In this document: one piece after another, positions 51,864-62,058 of the stretch
Layout: each line of letters opens with the position of its first letter
How positions within the stretch are numbered: the stretch's first letter is position 1
DNA from: Bdellovibrionales bacterium
GTDB taxonomy: Bacteria; Bdellovibrionota; Bdellovibrionia; Bdellovibrionales; UBA1609
Direction: 5' to 3'
Length of the DNA stretch: 64,000 nt
Assembly: GCA_965261545.1 (NCBI GenBank)
Contig: CBDHDF010000006.1
Coordinates: forward strand, 64,001 to 128,000
Translations under genes and position numbers: made by a program
The notes under the pieces: model-generated
What the model was told of the DNA's origin: nothing
What the model saw: the letters and a program-made list of their open reading frames with translations, nothing else
The model's database searches: none

Positions 51864-52711
51864 GAACCATTGGAGTGATACCTGCCAGGTATGCTTCCAC
51901 TCGCTTTCCAGGTAAACCCTTGGTCCCCATTGGGGGAAAGCCTCTTTTACAGTGGGTTTTTGAAGCCACTCAAAAGAGTCAAAAGTTGGATGAAATTCTC
52001 GTTGCCACCGATGACGAAAGAATTGCTAGTCTTTGTGAAAAAATGGGGGCGCCTTATGTTCTCACAGACCCTCAACTGCCATCGGGGAGTGATCGTGTAT
52101 GGGCAGCTATTCATGATAAAGATGTTGATATTGTTTTAAACATCCAAGGGGATGAGCCTCTTATTGATCCTCAACTTCTCGATTTATTGGTGGAGGCTTT
52201 TCCTTCCAGTTTGCCCAGCATGGAGGTGGCAACTCCTAGGTCTTCCATGGGCCTCACTTCCCCCCCCATGGGGCAGGCTTTGTCCCCGCCCCCTAAGAGG
52301 GGATCCTCTTCCATTGAAATGGCTACTCTGGCTTCGCCCCTAGATTCTGTGGATTTAGATTCTCGGAGTGTCGTGAAAGTGATATGCAACCATGCCAAGG
52401 AAGCGATTTACTTTAGTCGATTTCCCATACCCTATTCGAGACAGAATGGTGGATTCCATGGGGAGCAAATTCCTTCTCTCGCTGAGACTTGCTTTAAACA
52501 CATAGGGGTTTATGCTTATCGAAAGGACTTCTTGGGTGCTTTCTGTCAACAAGAGCCCGTGGCCATTGAAAGAGCTGAGGGGCTTGAACAACTTCGAGCC
52601 CTTTACATGGGAGCTCGCATTCATGTCATGCCTGTGAAAGCTCACCACTGTGGCGTGGATACCATGGAAGATATTAAAAAGGTGGAATCCAAGCTAAAAG
52701 CTTTAGAGTGA
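51860..52711 (+). CDS. kdsB: 3-deoxy-manno-octulosonate cytidylyltransferase with about 30-aa insertion
   Basis: IPARYASTRFPGKPL, QGDEP, YFSR, LEQLRAL. Confidence 0.95.
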   Translation: MRTIGVIPARYASTRFPGKPLVPIGGKPLLQWVFEATQKSQKLDEILVATDDERIASLCEKMGAPYVLTDPQLPSGSDRVWAAIHDKDVDIVLNIQGDEPLIDPQLLDLLVEAFPSSLPSMEVATPRSSMGLTSPPMGQALSPPPKRGSSSIEMATLASPLDSVDLDSRSVVKVICNHAKEAIYFSRFPIPYSRQNGGFHGEQIPSLAETCFKHIGVYAYRKDFLGAFCQQEPVAIERAEGLEQLRALYMGARIHVMPVKAHHCGVDTMEDIKKVESKLKALE

Positions 52712-52790
52712 GTGATAAACTAAAGCTTTGAAGTCGTAAACCAAAACTTTGAAGTATAGCTTTTGGAACAGCCCTTGGAGTCATAGTCCC

Positions 52791-53567
52791 ATGATATTGG
52801 ATATATGGTATCTCATTTTTATCGGTGGACTTGGGGGAGTGGTCTCTGTCTTTTTGGGCTTGGGGGGAGGCATCTTATTTGTCACTTTACTTCCCATGTT
52901 TGCTGAAATCAGTCATCGAGAGACTGTGGCCACATCTTTGCTGACAACGTTTTTGATTGTTTCTCTCAATAGTTATTTTTTTGCTCGGCAGTCTTTGGTG
53001 AAGTGGAAGGTTGTTTTCACCATCGTTCCCAGTGCGGCCATAGGAAGTTACACAGCGGCGACCTTAAGTCATTTCATTGGAGAAAGGCATTTACAATTCA
53101 TTTTTGTGGGGGTGATCTTTTTATTGGCTTTGAGAACTTTTTTAAATGTGCCTGGGGCAAAAAAGAACATTCGTTGGCCCCTTGCTTCTTTGGTGGGTGT
53201 TTCCGTGGGGGGAGCTTCTGGGTTGGCAGGGATTGGGGCCGGTGTGATCTTAAGTCCTGTATTGCTCAACTGGGGGGGGGTGAAAGGCTATGAAGTTTCA
53301 CCCACATCCAATGCTGTGATGGTCTTTACGACTCTTTTTGCCACATTGGTATTTTTTGAACTTCCCCATGACAATATGGCTAGGTTTGGTCTTATTCACA
53401 TGGACAAGGTGCTTGTTCTCTTTGTGGCCGCCTCTGTATGTGCTCACTTTGGGCGAAGCTACCAAGTCAAAGTGCGAGATCAATGGAGAAAATGGGCACT
53501 TAGTTTGGTTCTTTTTCTGGTGGCCGCAAGAATACTCATTCCGCTCATGAGTAGAGTATGCTCATAG
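52791..53567 (+). CDS. TauE/SafE (sulfite exporter-like) membrane protein
   Basis: GLGGG and GIGAG repeats, multiple TM helices. Confidence 0.85.
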   Translation: MILDIWYLIFIGGLGGVVSVFLGLGGGILFVTLLPMFAEISHRETVATSLLTTFLIVSLNSYFFARQSLVKWKVVFTIVPSAAIGSYTAATLSHFIGERHLQFIFVGVIFLLALRTFLNVPGAKKNIRWPLASLVGVSVGGASGLAGIGAGVILSPVLLNWGGVKGYEVSPTSNAVMVFTTLFATLVFFELPHDNMARFGLIHMDKVLVLFVAASVCAHFGRSYQVKVRDQWRKWALSLVLFLVAARILIPLMSRVCS

Positions 53568-53741
53568 GTTGGCATCTCATTCATCTGAATGGATGATGTA
53601 TTGTATCAAAATATCTACTTGTAAAAGAAAAATATCTACTTGTAAAAGAAATGACATTACATTGAAAAGGCCAAGCGTGATATTCGTAGTTTTGTCATTG
53701 GCGACGAAAAGAAGGTTTATAAAGAAGGCTCATAAAGTTCA

Positions 53742-55319
53742 ATGAAAGTTCATAAAAATATCAAAGTAGAACTCCATGAAGAGTTGGAAGAAAAGCTCAA
53801 GATATTGGAACCCCAATACCTTCACTGCCGTATTCTCAAAAAATCTGTGGATGCTCGGAGGCGCCACGCCCCTCATTTTAACTATACGGTGGAAACCTAT
53901 GGAGTTGGGGAGAAGCCTCCTTGTTCCAACTACCCTCTTGAAGCCTTGGCGAGAAGTAAAGGTCAAAATAGAGGTGGAGTTTTTGAAGAAACACCCATTG
54001 TTGTGGGAGCAGGACCTGGAGGGCTATTTGCAGCTTTAAGGCTTGCTGAAAGGGGAATTCCCTGTCGTGTCTTTGAACAGGGGTCTGAAACAAAAGAGAG
54101 AATCAAGGATATTGCCCAATATTGGCGCTATGGTCGCTTGAACTCTCGAAACAATGTTTGCTACGGTGAGGGAGGGGCTGGGCTATTTTCCGATGGCAAA
54201 CTCATCACTCGAATCAAGTCACCCCATATTCCATATGTGCTCAATAGGTTGGTTCGTTACGGAGCCCCTCAGGAAATTGAATATCTCGCCAACCCCCATG
54301 TGGGTTCCGATCGCATTCGGCGAGTCATTCCTAGGCTTCGAGAGGGACTTAAAGAATGGGGCACTTTATTTCACTACAACACCAAAGTGATAGACTTTCT
54401 TTGCGACACTTCCCAGCAGATTCTAGGTGTGCGTACTGAGGGAGGTGAGGAGTTTTATTCTCACCGAGTCATCTTAGCCACGGGGCACTCGGCTGAAGAT
54501 ATGTTTCATCACCTCCGTGAGATGAATGTTCGCCTTGAGTCTAAGCCCTTTGCCATGGGGCTTCGAATTGAACATCCGCAAAAACACATGAACGAAATTC
54601 AATACCGGGACTTTGCAAACCACTCCAAGCTTGAAGCCGCCAATTATCGACTGTCTCACTATGACCCTAAAACCCATGTGGGAGTGTACAGTTTTTGTAT
54701 GTGCCCAGGAGGCTATGTTTTATCCAGCGCCACCGACAGTGGCAGTGTCGTTTGCAACGGTATGAGCAACTATAAAAGAAATTCTCTCTTTGCCAATGCG
54801 GCCATTGTGGTGACTGTGGATAACAAAGGCTTTTCCCACACTTTTGAGGGCCTAGAGTACAGAAAAAGGTGGGAGCGTGAAGCCTTTAAGTGGGTGGAGG
54901 CCGAAGGTGGGAGCAAAGAAATTCCAGTTCAGAGTGTGATGGGTTTTCTTAAAGGCAGGGGAGGAAAAGCTCTTCCCTCTTCTTCTCTCTCAGGAGTGGT
55001 GGCATGCCGATTGGACCAACTTGTGGAAGCTCCTGTGCGAAAAAATCTGACAGAGGCCCTTGAAAAATTTGACCGCTCCATGGGGGGATTTATTCACGAA
55101 GAGGCCCAGTTTCATGGTGTGGAATCGAGAACCTCTTGTCCCATTCGCATTTCTAGGGACAAAGATAGTTTGGAGTCCGTCTCTCACCCAGGGCTTTACC
55201 CCGTGGGAGAGGGGGCTGGCTATGCGGGAGGAATTACAAGCGCCGCCTGTGATGGCATTCGCACAGCTGAAAAAATTGCCACACTTCTTGGGCAGAGAGG
55301 TTTTGAAGAGAGTTATTAG
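53742..55319 (+). CDS. NAD(P)/FAD-dependent oxidoreductase
   Basis: GAGPGG, GEGGAGLFSDGKL, FCMCPGG, GEGAGYAGGI. Confidence 0.9.
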   Translation: MKVHKNIKVELHEELEEKLKILEPQYLHCRILKKSVDARRRHAPHFNYTVETYGVGEKPPCSNYPLEALARSKGQNRGGVFEETPIVVGAGPGGLFAALRLAERGIPCRVFEQGSETKERIKDIAQYWRYGRLNSRNNVCYGEGGAGLFSDGKLITRIKSPHIPYVLNRLVRYGAPQEIEYLANPHVGSDRIRRVIPRLREGLKEWGTLFHYNTKVIDFLCDTSQQILGVRTEGGEEFYSHRVILATGHSAEDMFHHLREMNVRLESKPFAMGLRIEHPQKHMNEIQYRDFANHSKLEAANYRLSHYDPKTHVGVYSFCMCPGGYVLSSATDSGSVVCNGMSNYKRNSLFANAAIVVTVDNKGFSHTFEGLEYRKRWEREAFKWVEAEGGSKEIPVQSVMGFLKGRGGKALPSSSLSGVVACRLDQLVEAPVRKNLTEALEKFDRSMGGFIHEEAQFHGVESRTSCPIRISRDKDSLESVSHPGLYPVGEGAGYAGGITSAACDGIRTAEKIATLLGQRGFEESY

Positions 55320-55324
55320 CTTCT

Positions 55325-56878
55325 TTAGGCATCACCAACATAAGTATCCTCACACATATTAACTCCTCCACCTCTGCCAACATCTTTGTAGGCATCATCA
55401 TCTTCGCAACTATTGAGGCCACCATCATTAATGCTCCAACCTCGATGTATGAGGGCGGCTCTTGGCTCAATGGCGCGACTGTGGTAGATTGAATTTCCTC
55501 CATGAAAAGAAACATTGTCTTGTGTGGATGTGGCATGAATTTGTCGGAGAAGAAAGCTGTAAAGTAGCGTGGGAAGAGTCACACCTTCAAACATGTTTTC
55601 CATATCTGTGACGCTCTTGAAATTCCATCGAATTATCTCAAGGGGTTGAGCAATTTGAGCTTGGCTAAACATGTGGCTCATATTTGTGACGTTGGAGACA
55701 TTCCAATGGGTGATGTTGAGGCGTTTGGCTGTGATACCATAAAACATACGCTGCATATCTGTAACATTGGAGACATTTCCTCCACTGACAAACTCAAGGT
55801 TGTTGCAGGAACTAAAGGCTCCACTTAAACTTTTCCACCCCGTATCACCAAGGTCTATGACAGCGATGAGTTGAGACCTATGTGTGGTGGCATTTTCATT
55901 GAAATTCCAAGCTTCCATGACCCCTGAAATTGTGAGGGTGTAGTCTCCAGCCTGAGCGTAGGTATGTGTGATGTCGCTGTCATCATAGGCCGTGATTTCA
56001 TCGGAAGAACCATCACCCCAATTCACTGTGAAATTATAAATGTACCCTAAGGGCAAGGGGAGGGTGATGGCTTCTTGGGCGCTAGAGGTCCTCCATATAG
56101 ATTTGAAAATAGAAAATCCTCCATCCCTGATCTTCCACCCTCGTTCCTCTAACACTCTTCGAATATCCTTGGTGCGGCTGTCATAGGTCGATTCCCCCAT
56201 ATCTAAGTTTATATCTTTTTTAGTGGAGGTTTCACTGAGCCTATGAAGCATGCCATTGTATACTTCTGTGGGCAGGCTGACCTCACTAAACATCTCACTC
56301 ATATCTGTGACATGGGCAAAATCCCATTCGTCGAGTTTAACATCCTGTATGGAGACGGCCCCTTTAAACATACGGCTCATATTTGTGACATTGGAGACAT
56401 TGCCTGCTCCTACTGCACTGAGATTACTACAGCCTTCAAAGGCCCCCTCTAGACTTTTCCACCCCACATCTCCCATATCTTCGACCGAGGTGATTTTGTC
56501 TTTGCTGCCATTGTTATTGAAGCTCCAAGCTTCAACTTTTCCTGAAATGGTAAGGGTGTAATCTCCAGCTTCTAGATAGGTATGGGTGATATCGCTATCA
56601 TCATGGGCGGTGACTTCACTGGAGGAGCCATCGCCCCAATCTACTTTGAAGTTGTAGTCGTAGTCGGGTGGCAAGGGAAGAGTGATGGCCTCATTGTTAT
56701 TAGTCGTCTTCCATGTGGAAATAAAAGGGGAGGAAGTATCCGTATCCGTAGATGGTTCCTCTTTATTTCTATTCTTAACTCCACACCCCAAGAGGCTAAC
56801 TATGACGAAACCGATGGTGAGTAAAGAGAGAGTCCGTTTTATAAATCTTATAAAGATTTTTATTTGTAATTGAGTCAA
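55325..56878 (-). CDS. DUF285/BspA-like surface lipoprotein, two PKD-like plus repeat modules
   Basis: Lipobox LLGC; VDWGDG..ITHTY..AGDY; SNVTNMS.MF repeats. Confidence 0.88.
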   Translation of the reverse strand: MTQLQIKIFIRFIKRTLSLLTIGFVIVSLLGCGVKNRNKEEPSTDTDTSSPFISTWKTTNNNEAITLPLPPDYDYNFKVDWGDGSSSEVTAHDDSDITHTYLEAGDYTLTISGKVEAWSFNNNGSKDKITSVEDMGDVGWKSLEGAFEGCSNLSAVGAGNVSNVTNMSRMFKGAVSIQDVKLDEWDFAHVTDMSEMFSEVSLPTEVYNGMLHRLSETSTKKDINLDMGESTYDSRTKDIRRVLEERGWKIRDGGFSIFKSIWRTSSAQEAITLPLPLGYIYNFTVNWGDGSSDEITAYDDSDITHTYAQAGDYTLTISGVMEAWNFNENATTHRSQLIAVIDLGDTGWKSLSGAFSSCNNLEFVSGGNVSNVTDMQRMFYGITAKRLNITHWNVSNVTNMSHMFSQAQIAQPLEIIRWNFKSVTDMENMFEGVTLPTLLYSFLLRQIHATSTQDNVSFHGGNSIYHSRAIEPRAALIHRGWSINDGGLNSCEDDDAYKDVGRGGGVNMCEDTYVGDA

Positions 56879-56972
56879 AGCTTTATCCTCCTGATAGTGA
56901 TGAATAATTATTTAATAATCTTTAAATATAACCTTTAAATAATCTTTAAATGATCTTAGTGAGAAGCAGTGG

Positions 56973-58697
56973 TCAATTGTGCTCACTTTTTTTACACTCC
57001 CCACCGTCACTAATAGTCCACCCACGCTTTGTGAGAGCCGCTCGTGCATCAATGGCACTAGTTTTGTATTTTGAATTTCCTCCATGAAACGAAACATCCC
57101 TTTGCGTGGATGTCGCATTGATTTGTTCGAGTATTTGGCTATACATCCTAGAGAGGAGAGTGACATCTTGAAGTATATTCTCCATATTGGTGATGCTACC
57201 GAAGTCCCAATCGCTTAGACGGGGGAGAGCCAATTGAGCCTTGGAAAACATGTCACTCATATTTGTGACTTTGGAGACATTCCAACCGCCGACATCAGGA
57301 TTGGCTACTTTTGTATTTGCAAACATAGAACTCATATTGGTGACTGAGAATGTATTCCAGCGAAGGACATCAGGATTGGCTACTTTTGTATTTGCAAACA
57401 TAGAGCTCATATTGGTGACTTTGGATGTATCCCAACGACGGACAGCAGGGTTGGCCATCTCTGTATTTGCAAACATAGAGCTCATATTGGTGACGTTGGT
57501 TGTTATCCAGAAAGTGGTGTCGGGGCGAACTATGGTGGCACTATCAAACATGTAGCTCATATTTGTCACATTAGAGACATTCCCCCCACGGAGATATTCA
57601 AGTTTATCACATTGACTAAAAGCTCCCTCTAAGCTGATCCATCCCATATCACCAAGGTCTTTGACAGAGATAAGTTTAGATCTATGATCACTGGCATTGT
57701 CTTTGAAGTTCCAAGCTTCCATGGTCCCTGAAATTTTGAGAGTGTAGTCTCCAGCTGTTGCATAGGTATGTGTGATATCGCCATCATTATGGGCTGTGAT
57801 ATCACTGGAGGAATTATCACCCCAATCCACTGTGAAGTTATAATTGTATCCTGAGGGCAAGGGGAGGGCGATAGACTCATTGTCACTTGAAATTTTCCAT
57901 ACAGAGACGAAAACAGAAAAGCCTCCATCGTTGATCGTCCAGCCTTTTGTTATCAAAGCATTTCGGAATTCTTCAGTGCGTCTATCATAGGTGGAATTTC
58001 CTCCATCTAAGGTGATATCTTCTTGGGTGGAAGTGTTGTTGATTTGATAAAGGAAGGAGCCATAGATTTCTGTGGGAAGGGTGACTTCACTCAATATCTC
58101 ACTCATATTTGTCACTCGACCGAAGTTCCATCTACTAAAATCAGCAAACTTTAACGATGTGGCACCCTTAAACATGCGGCTCATGTTTGTGGTATTAGAG
58201 ACGTCGCCCCCCAAGACCTCAACGAGGTTGCTACAGCCCTCAAAGGCTCCTTCTAAGTTCAGCCATCCGGTCTCCCCTAAGCTCATCACCTGAGTGATTT
58301 TGTTTTTACTTCCACTGTTGTTGAAATACCAAGCGCCCAATTCTCCTGAAATGATGAGGGTGTAGTCTCCAGCCTTTGCGTAGGTGTGTGTGATATCGCT
58401 ATCATCGTGGGCTGTGATATCACTGGAGGAATCATCCCCCCAGTCCACGGTGAAGTTATAGGTATAGCCTGAACGCAAGGGGAGGGTGATGGATTCATTG
58501 TCGCTGGTAAGTCGCCATATAGAGATAAAAGGATCAGCTGTATAGCGAGTGGGTGCTTCTTGATTTTTTTCATCACCTCCACAGCCTAAAAGATTTATTG
58601 TTATGAGACAAAGGGTCAAGAAAAAGAAAGTCCGCTTTGTGAAAGAGTGCAATTGCTTGAAAATGTGTAATTGCTTGGAAACGAGTGATTGAGTCAC
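56973..58697 (-). CDS. DUF285/BspA-like surface lipoprotein, paralogue
   Basis: Same architecture with extra 25-aa tandem repeats. Confidence 0.88.
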   Translation of the reverse strand: MTQSLVSKQLHIFKQLHSFTKRTFFFLTLCLITINLLGCGGDEKNQEAPTRYTADPFISIWRLTSDNESITLPLRSGYTYNFTVDWGDDSSSDITAHDDSDITHTYAKAGDYTLIISGELGAWYFNNSGSKNKITQVMSLGETGWLNLEGAFEGCSNLVEVLGGDVSNTTNMSRMFKGATSLKFADFSRWNFGRVTNMSEILSEVTLPTEIYGSFLYQINNTSTQEDITLDGGNSTYDRRTEEFRNALITKGWTINDGGFSVFVSVWKISSDNESIALPLPSGYNYNFTVDWGDNSSSDITAHNDGDITHTYATAGDYTLKISGTMEAWNFKDNASDHRSKLISVKDLGDMGWISLEGAFSQCDKLEYLRGGNVSNVTNMSYMFDSATIVRPDTTFWITTNVTNMSSMFANTEMANPAVRRWDTSKVTNMSSMFANTKVANPDVLRWNTFSVTNMSSMFANTKVANPDVGGWNVSKVTNMSDMFSKAQLALPRLSDWDFGSITNMENILQDVTLLSRMYSQILEQINATSTQRDVSFHGGNSKYKTSAIDARAALTKRGWTISDGGECKKSEHN

Positions 58698-58844
58698 GGG
58701 TGATTCCTCCTTAATGGCGAATTGATAATGGTCGATCGATATAATAATAAATAATGTGATTAATAAGTAAAATAATAGTGGTTGAAATTTGTTTGGTAAA
58801 GGTATGGGCTTTTTTTTTGGCCTTTGGGTGGGGGTATGGAGTCC

Positions 58845-60854
58845 CTACTTTGGTGTATCCTGTTTTAAGCCGAGGCTTTGAGCTGCCATTTCAAAATTTT
58901 TTTGATGGGAACTGTGAGGGCGAAGAATAAAGTAGATTCTCTTTTCGATTTTAACAACGAGACTGGGTTCACTGGACCGACTGTTGCCAACGCTGCCAGC
59001 GTTGCCACGACCACGGTCATTGTTATCACAGTTACCGCTATTATCACTGCTGTCATTGTTGCTGTAGATCATCACATCGTGGGGAAGCCAGTGCAGGTCT
59101 GAGACCTTCGTCGCAGGTGACTTTCCACTGGGATTTGCGCTTGTTGTCACTAGGGGAGAGGGGCATTGGCGGACGAGGTGTTGAACCCCTGGATGGTCAC
59201 TGCAACGAAGTCCTATGAATTGGGAGTGACCCAGTTTTTTGGCCAAACCTTTGTCTTTTGCCGGAAGTACAAAGGTGATGGGGCCTGGCCAAAAGATCTC
59301 GAGTAATTTTTGGACTTCTTTTGTGATGTCAACGAGGGGGGCGGCGGCACAAGGATTTGGCACGAAGATGCTCATGGGTTGGTCTTCTTGGCGTCCCTTT
59401 ATAGCTCGTAGTCGTTGAAGAGATTGAGGGTTGTGGGCAAGCACTCCCAGCCCCCAGACGCTCTCTGTGGGGTAAGCCAGAACCTTGCCTTGGTTTAAAT
59501 GCATGATGGGGTCACTTTCCCAAAAATCTTGGCCAATATCCCCAAAGCCTTGGCCGATATCCATTCTTTTTTGAAGCCCTTTCCATGTGACTTGGCTTGC
59601 TTGGTGATAGGCCCGTTTAAGGGCCTGCTCCCTTGTAGAACCGATGGCCACAGCGTTGAGAACTCGTCCCCCATGGGTCAGCCATTTTCCTTCCTTATTT
59701 CTCTGGGTGCCACCGTGGAGAAAGTAGGATGAGGGAGATTCAAAAAAAACATCTCCCTCAATGGTGGACCCTTTGAGGGGGTGGGTGGGATAGTTTTCTG
59801 CGGCGAGGACGACACAAGCTGAATGGAGAGAGTGCCAATCCATAGAGGGAAGTTGTCCACAGGCGACTTCTCTAAAAGCTTCGCCCCAATCGCCCTTAAA
59901 AAGAGGGAGAATGACTTGGGCTTCGGGGTCTCCAAAGCGTACATTGTACTCAATGACCTTGGGGCCTTCTTCAGGGGTGACCATGATTCCCACATAGAGG
60001 AGTCCTTTGTAATCCAGTTGAGATTTCTTTATTCCTTCCACTGAAGGCTGAAGTATTTTTTCATGAAGTTGCTTCATCAATGGAGCTTCTATACCTAGTG
60101 GGGCCACCGCTCCCATGCCCCCCGTGTTGGGTCCCTTGTGTCCGTCCTTGAGTTTTTTGTAGTCTTGGGCTAGGGGGAGGGGTTTATAGTCTTCCCCATT
60201 GGTGAGAATAAAAAAACTCAACTCCCAACCCTCTTGGAAAGCCTCTAGGAGAGCCCGGCTTGAAGCCTTTCCAAAGGCTTGTTCTTCAAAATATTTTTGA
60301 GAGATTTCTAAAAGATCTTTTTTTGTTTGGCATATGGTCACTCCTTTCCCAGCAGCGAGTCCATCGGCTTTGAGAACATAGGGAGGAGTGAAGCGAACCA
60401 AAGCTTTTTGCACGTCGGAAACAGATCGGACCTCTTCGCCATGGGCTGTGGGAATCCCATGGCGAATCATAAATTCCTTGGCGTAGATTTTACTTCCCTC
60501 CAGTTGGGCTGCGGCTTGGCTAGGGCCAAAAACATAAATTCCCTCCGAGCGTATATGATTGGCCCAACCCTCCACAAGGGGGGCCTCAGGGCCTATGATA
60601 ACAAGGTCAGTGTCTCTTTTTTTCATCTCATCCATGAGGAGCTGGAGGGAGGGGTCCAAAGATGAAGCGTTGAGTTGAGGGTTGGGTTGGGGGTTGAAGC
60701 GAGAGTTGAGTTGAGGATTGACGTGGATGCGTATTTCTTGTGGTATTCCCTCATTGCCCGGCCAAATATAAAGATTCTTGACTGAGTTGGAGCCAGAGAG
60801 GGCTCTGACGAGGGCATGCTCCCGACCACCACTGCCAATGATAAAGACGTTCAT
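58845..60854 (-). CDS. purD: Phosphoribosylamine-glycine ligase fused to threonylcarbamoyl-AMP synthase (TsaC/Sua5 domain)
   Basis: GSGGREHAL, KADGLAAGKGV, GPNTGGMG, RFGDPE; then YPTESVWGL, KGR, FWPGPIT, TTSANPSG. Confidence 0.9.
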   Translation of the reverse strand: MNVFIIGSGGREHALVRALSGSNSVKNLYIWPGNEGIPQEIRIHVNPQLNSRFNPQPNPQLNASSLDPSLQLLMDEMKKRDTDLVIIGPEAPLVEGWANHIRSEGIYVFGPSQAAAQLEGSKIYAKEFMIRHGIPTAHGEEVRSVSDVQKALVRFTPPYVLKADGLAAGKGVTICQTKKDLLEISQKYFEEQAFGKASSRALLEAFQEGWELSFFILTNGEDYKPLPLAQDYKKLKDGHKGPNTGGMGAVAPLGIEAPLMKQLHEKILQPSVEGIKKSQLDYKGLLYVGIMVTPEEGPKVIEYNVRFGDPEAQVILPLFKGDWGEAFREVACGQLPSMDWHSLHSACVVLAAENYPTHPLKGSTIEGDVFFESPSSYFLHGGTQRNKEGKWLTHGGRVLNAVAIGSTREQALKRAYHQASQVTWKGLQKRMDIGQGFGDIGQDFWESDPIMHLNQGKVLAYPTESVWGLGVLAHNPQSLQRLRAIKGRQEDQPMSIFVPNPCAAAPLVDITKEVQKLLEIFWPGPITFVLPAKDKGLAKKLGHSQFIGLRCSDHPGVQHLVRQCPSPLVTTSANPSGKSPATKVSDLHWLPHDVMIYSNNDSSDNSGNCDNNDRGRGNAGSVGNSRSSEPSLVVKIEKRIYFILRPHSSHQKNFEMAAQSLGLKQDTPK

Positions 60855-62047
60855 AGGTGCATTCCATTCATAGGTATTATTTGTCTTTTGATTTCATAGA
60901 CAAGGGAGTCTATGGCGACAGGCTTCACCTCTACATGACCAGGGGAACGAATAAAAACGAAGCGAATATGGGATGAAGAGAGCCTTTTTTTATCGTGGAA
61001 AAGGTGGTCACGCCATTGAGACTCTGTAAGTTTATACATTTTTTGGGGGCCAATAGAGTGAAGAAGAACCTGATAAAGCTCCTTCCAATCTTGGCTGTGA
61101 ACACTCTCCTGGGGATGGGGCTTCTGGCTCTGGCCAATACCCCCTCTTTGACTGTGAACCTTTCGATCTTGAATACGAGGCCCTTCATATTGTGAGTAGA
61201 GTCGCTCACTCCAACGCAAAGAAAACCAAAGCCCTTGGGCCACAGCCTCACCGTGGGGAATCTTGCAGACAGATTCTAAAACATGGCCCAAAGTATGTCC
61301 AAGGTTGAGTTTTTCACGAATGCCCTTTTCTTCTCTTAGGTCTTGCTCAACAATATCGTACTTAAGCTGAACCGCTTGGGGAAGGAACTCCCAAAGGCTC
61401 TCAAAATGACCATTCTTTATCTCTTTCAACCTTTGGTAAAAAGCTCCCCCTCCGATAAGTGCCATTTTGCACAACTCACCCATGGCCGACTTGGTTTGAG
61501 TTTGAGGGAGAGAACGAAGCAATGACTTGCAAATGATGACATTTTGGGCTTGATAAAAGCTCCCCAACTGATTCTTATAAGGTCCCACATTTAAAGCTGT
61601 TTTTCCCCCATGGGCAGAGTCCATGGCCGCAAGCCATGTGGAGGGAAGGTGAGTGAGGCGAACTCCACGTTTAAGAATGCTTGCCACAAATCCAGAAAAA
61701 TCACCCACAGATCCACCTCCCACAGAGATCACCCTGAGTTGTTGGCGTGAAATATTTCGAGTTTTTTCTAAAATGGATTTTATATGGTTTGGAAAATGAT
61801 CTATGGATTTTAACTCTTCTCCCCCATCAACAGGATAAGCCGCTCCACCCATCCCATGAACCCAAGACTGAAAACCAACAGACGAGGCTTTCACGCACCT
61901 ATCATAAATCACGAGGGGAACTTCTTGAGACCCCTCCATGATTTCATCTTTTAATGGTAAGTCTTCCCCGTAACTAACCTTATAGCTCCGCGGATGAAGC
62001 GATAGCTCAGTATGACCTATGAGTGAGTTGTTGTTTTTTGTTGTCAC
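60851..62047 (-). CDS. aroB: 3-dehydroquinate synthase
   Basis: GGGSVGD, DSAHGGKT, KNQLG, LNLGHT.GH, HGEAVA. Confidence 0.92.
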   Translation of the reverse strand: MTTKNNNSLIGHTELSLHPRSYKVSYGEDLPLKDEIMEGSQEVPLVIYDRCVKASSVGFQSWVHGMGGAAYPVDGGEELKSIDHFPNHIKSILEKTRNISRQQLRVISVGGGSVGDFSGFVASILKRGVRLTHLPSTWLAAMDSAHGGKTALNVGPYKNQLGSFYQAQNVIICKSLLRSLPQTQTKSAMGELCKMALIGGGAFYQRLKEIKNGHFESLWEFLPQAVQLKYDIVEQDLREEKGIREKLNLGHTLGHVLESVCKIPHGEAVAQGLWFSLRWSERLYSQYEGPRIQDRKVHSQRGGIGQSQKPHPQESVHSQDWKELYQVLLHSIGPQKMYKLTESQWRDHLFHDKKRLSSSHIRFVFIRSPGHVEVKPVAIDSLVYEIKRQIIPMNGMHL

Positions 62048-62058
62048 TCTTAGACTGC

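Noticed and set aside
53695..53706. 12-bp match to the IS21-A end motif (TCATTGGCGACG)
   Set aside because: Single short match without TGT terminus or neighbouring repeats; may be chance
55325..58697. Diversity-generating retroelement target/template repeats
   Set aside because: No reverse transcriptase in the window and no evident adenine-specific differences between repeats
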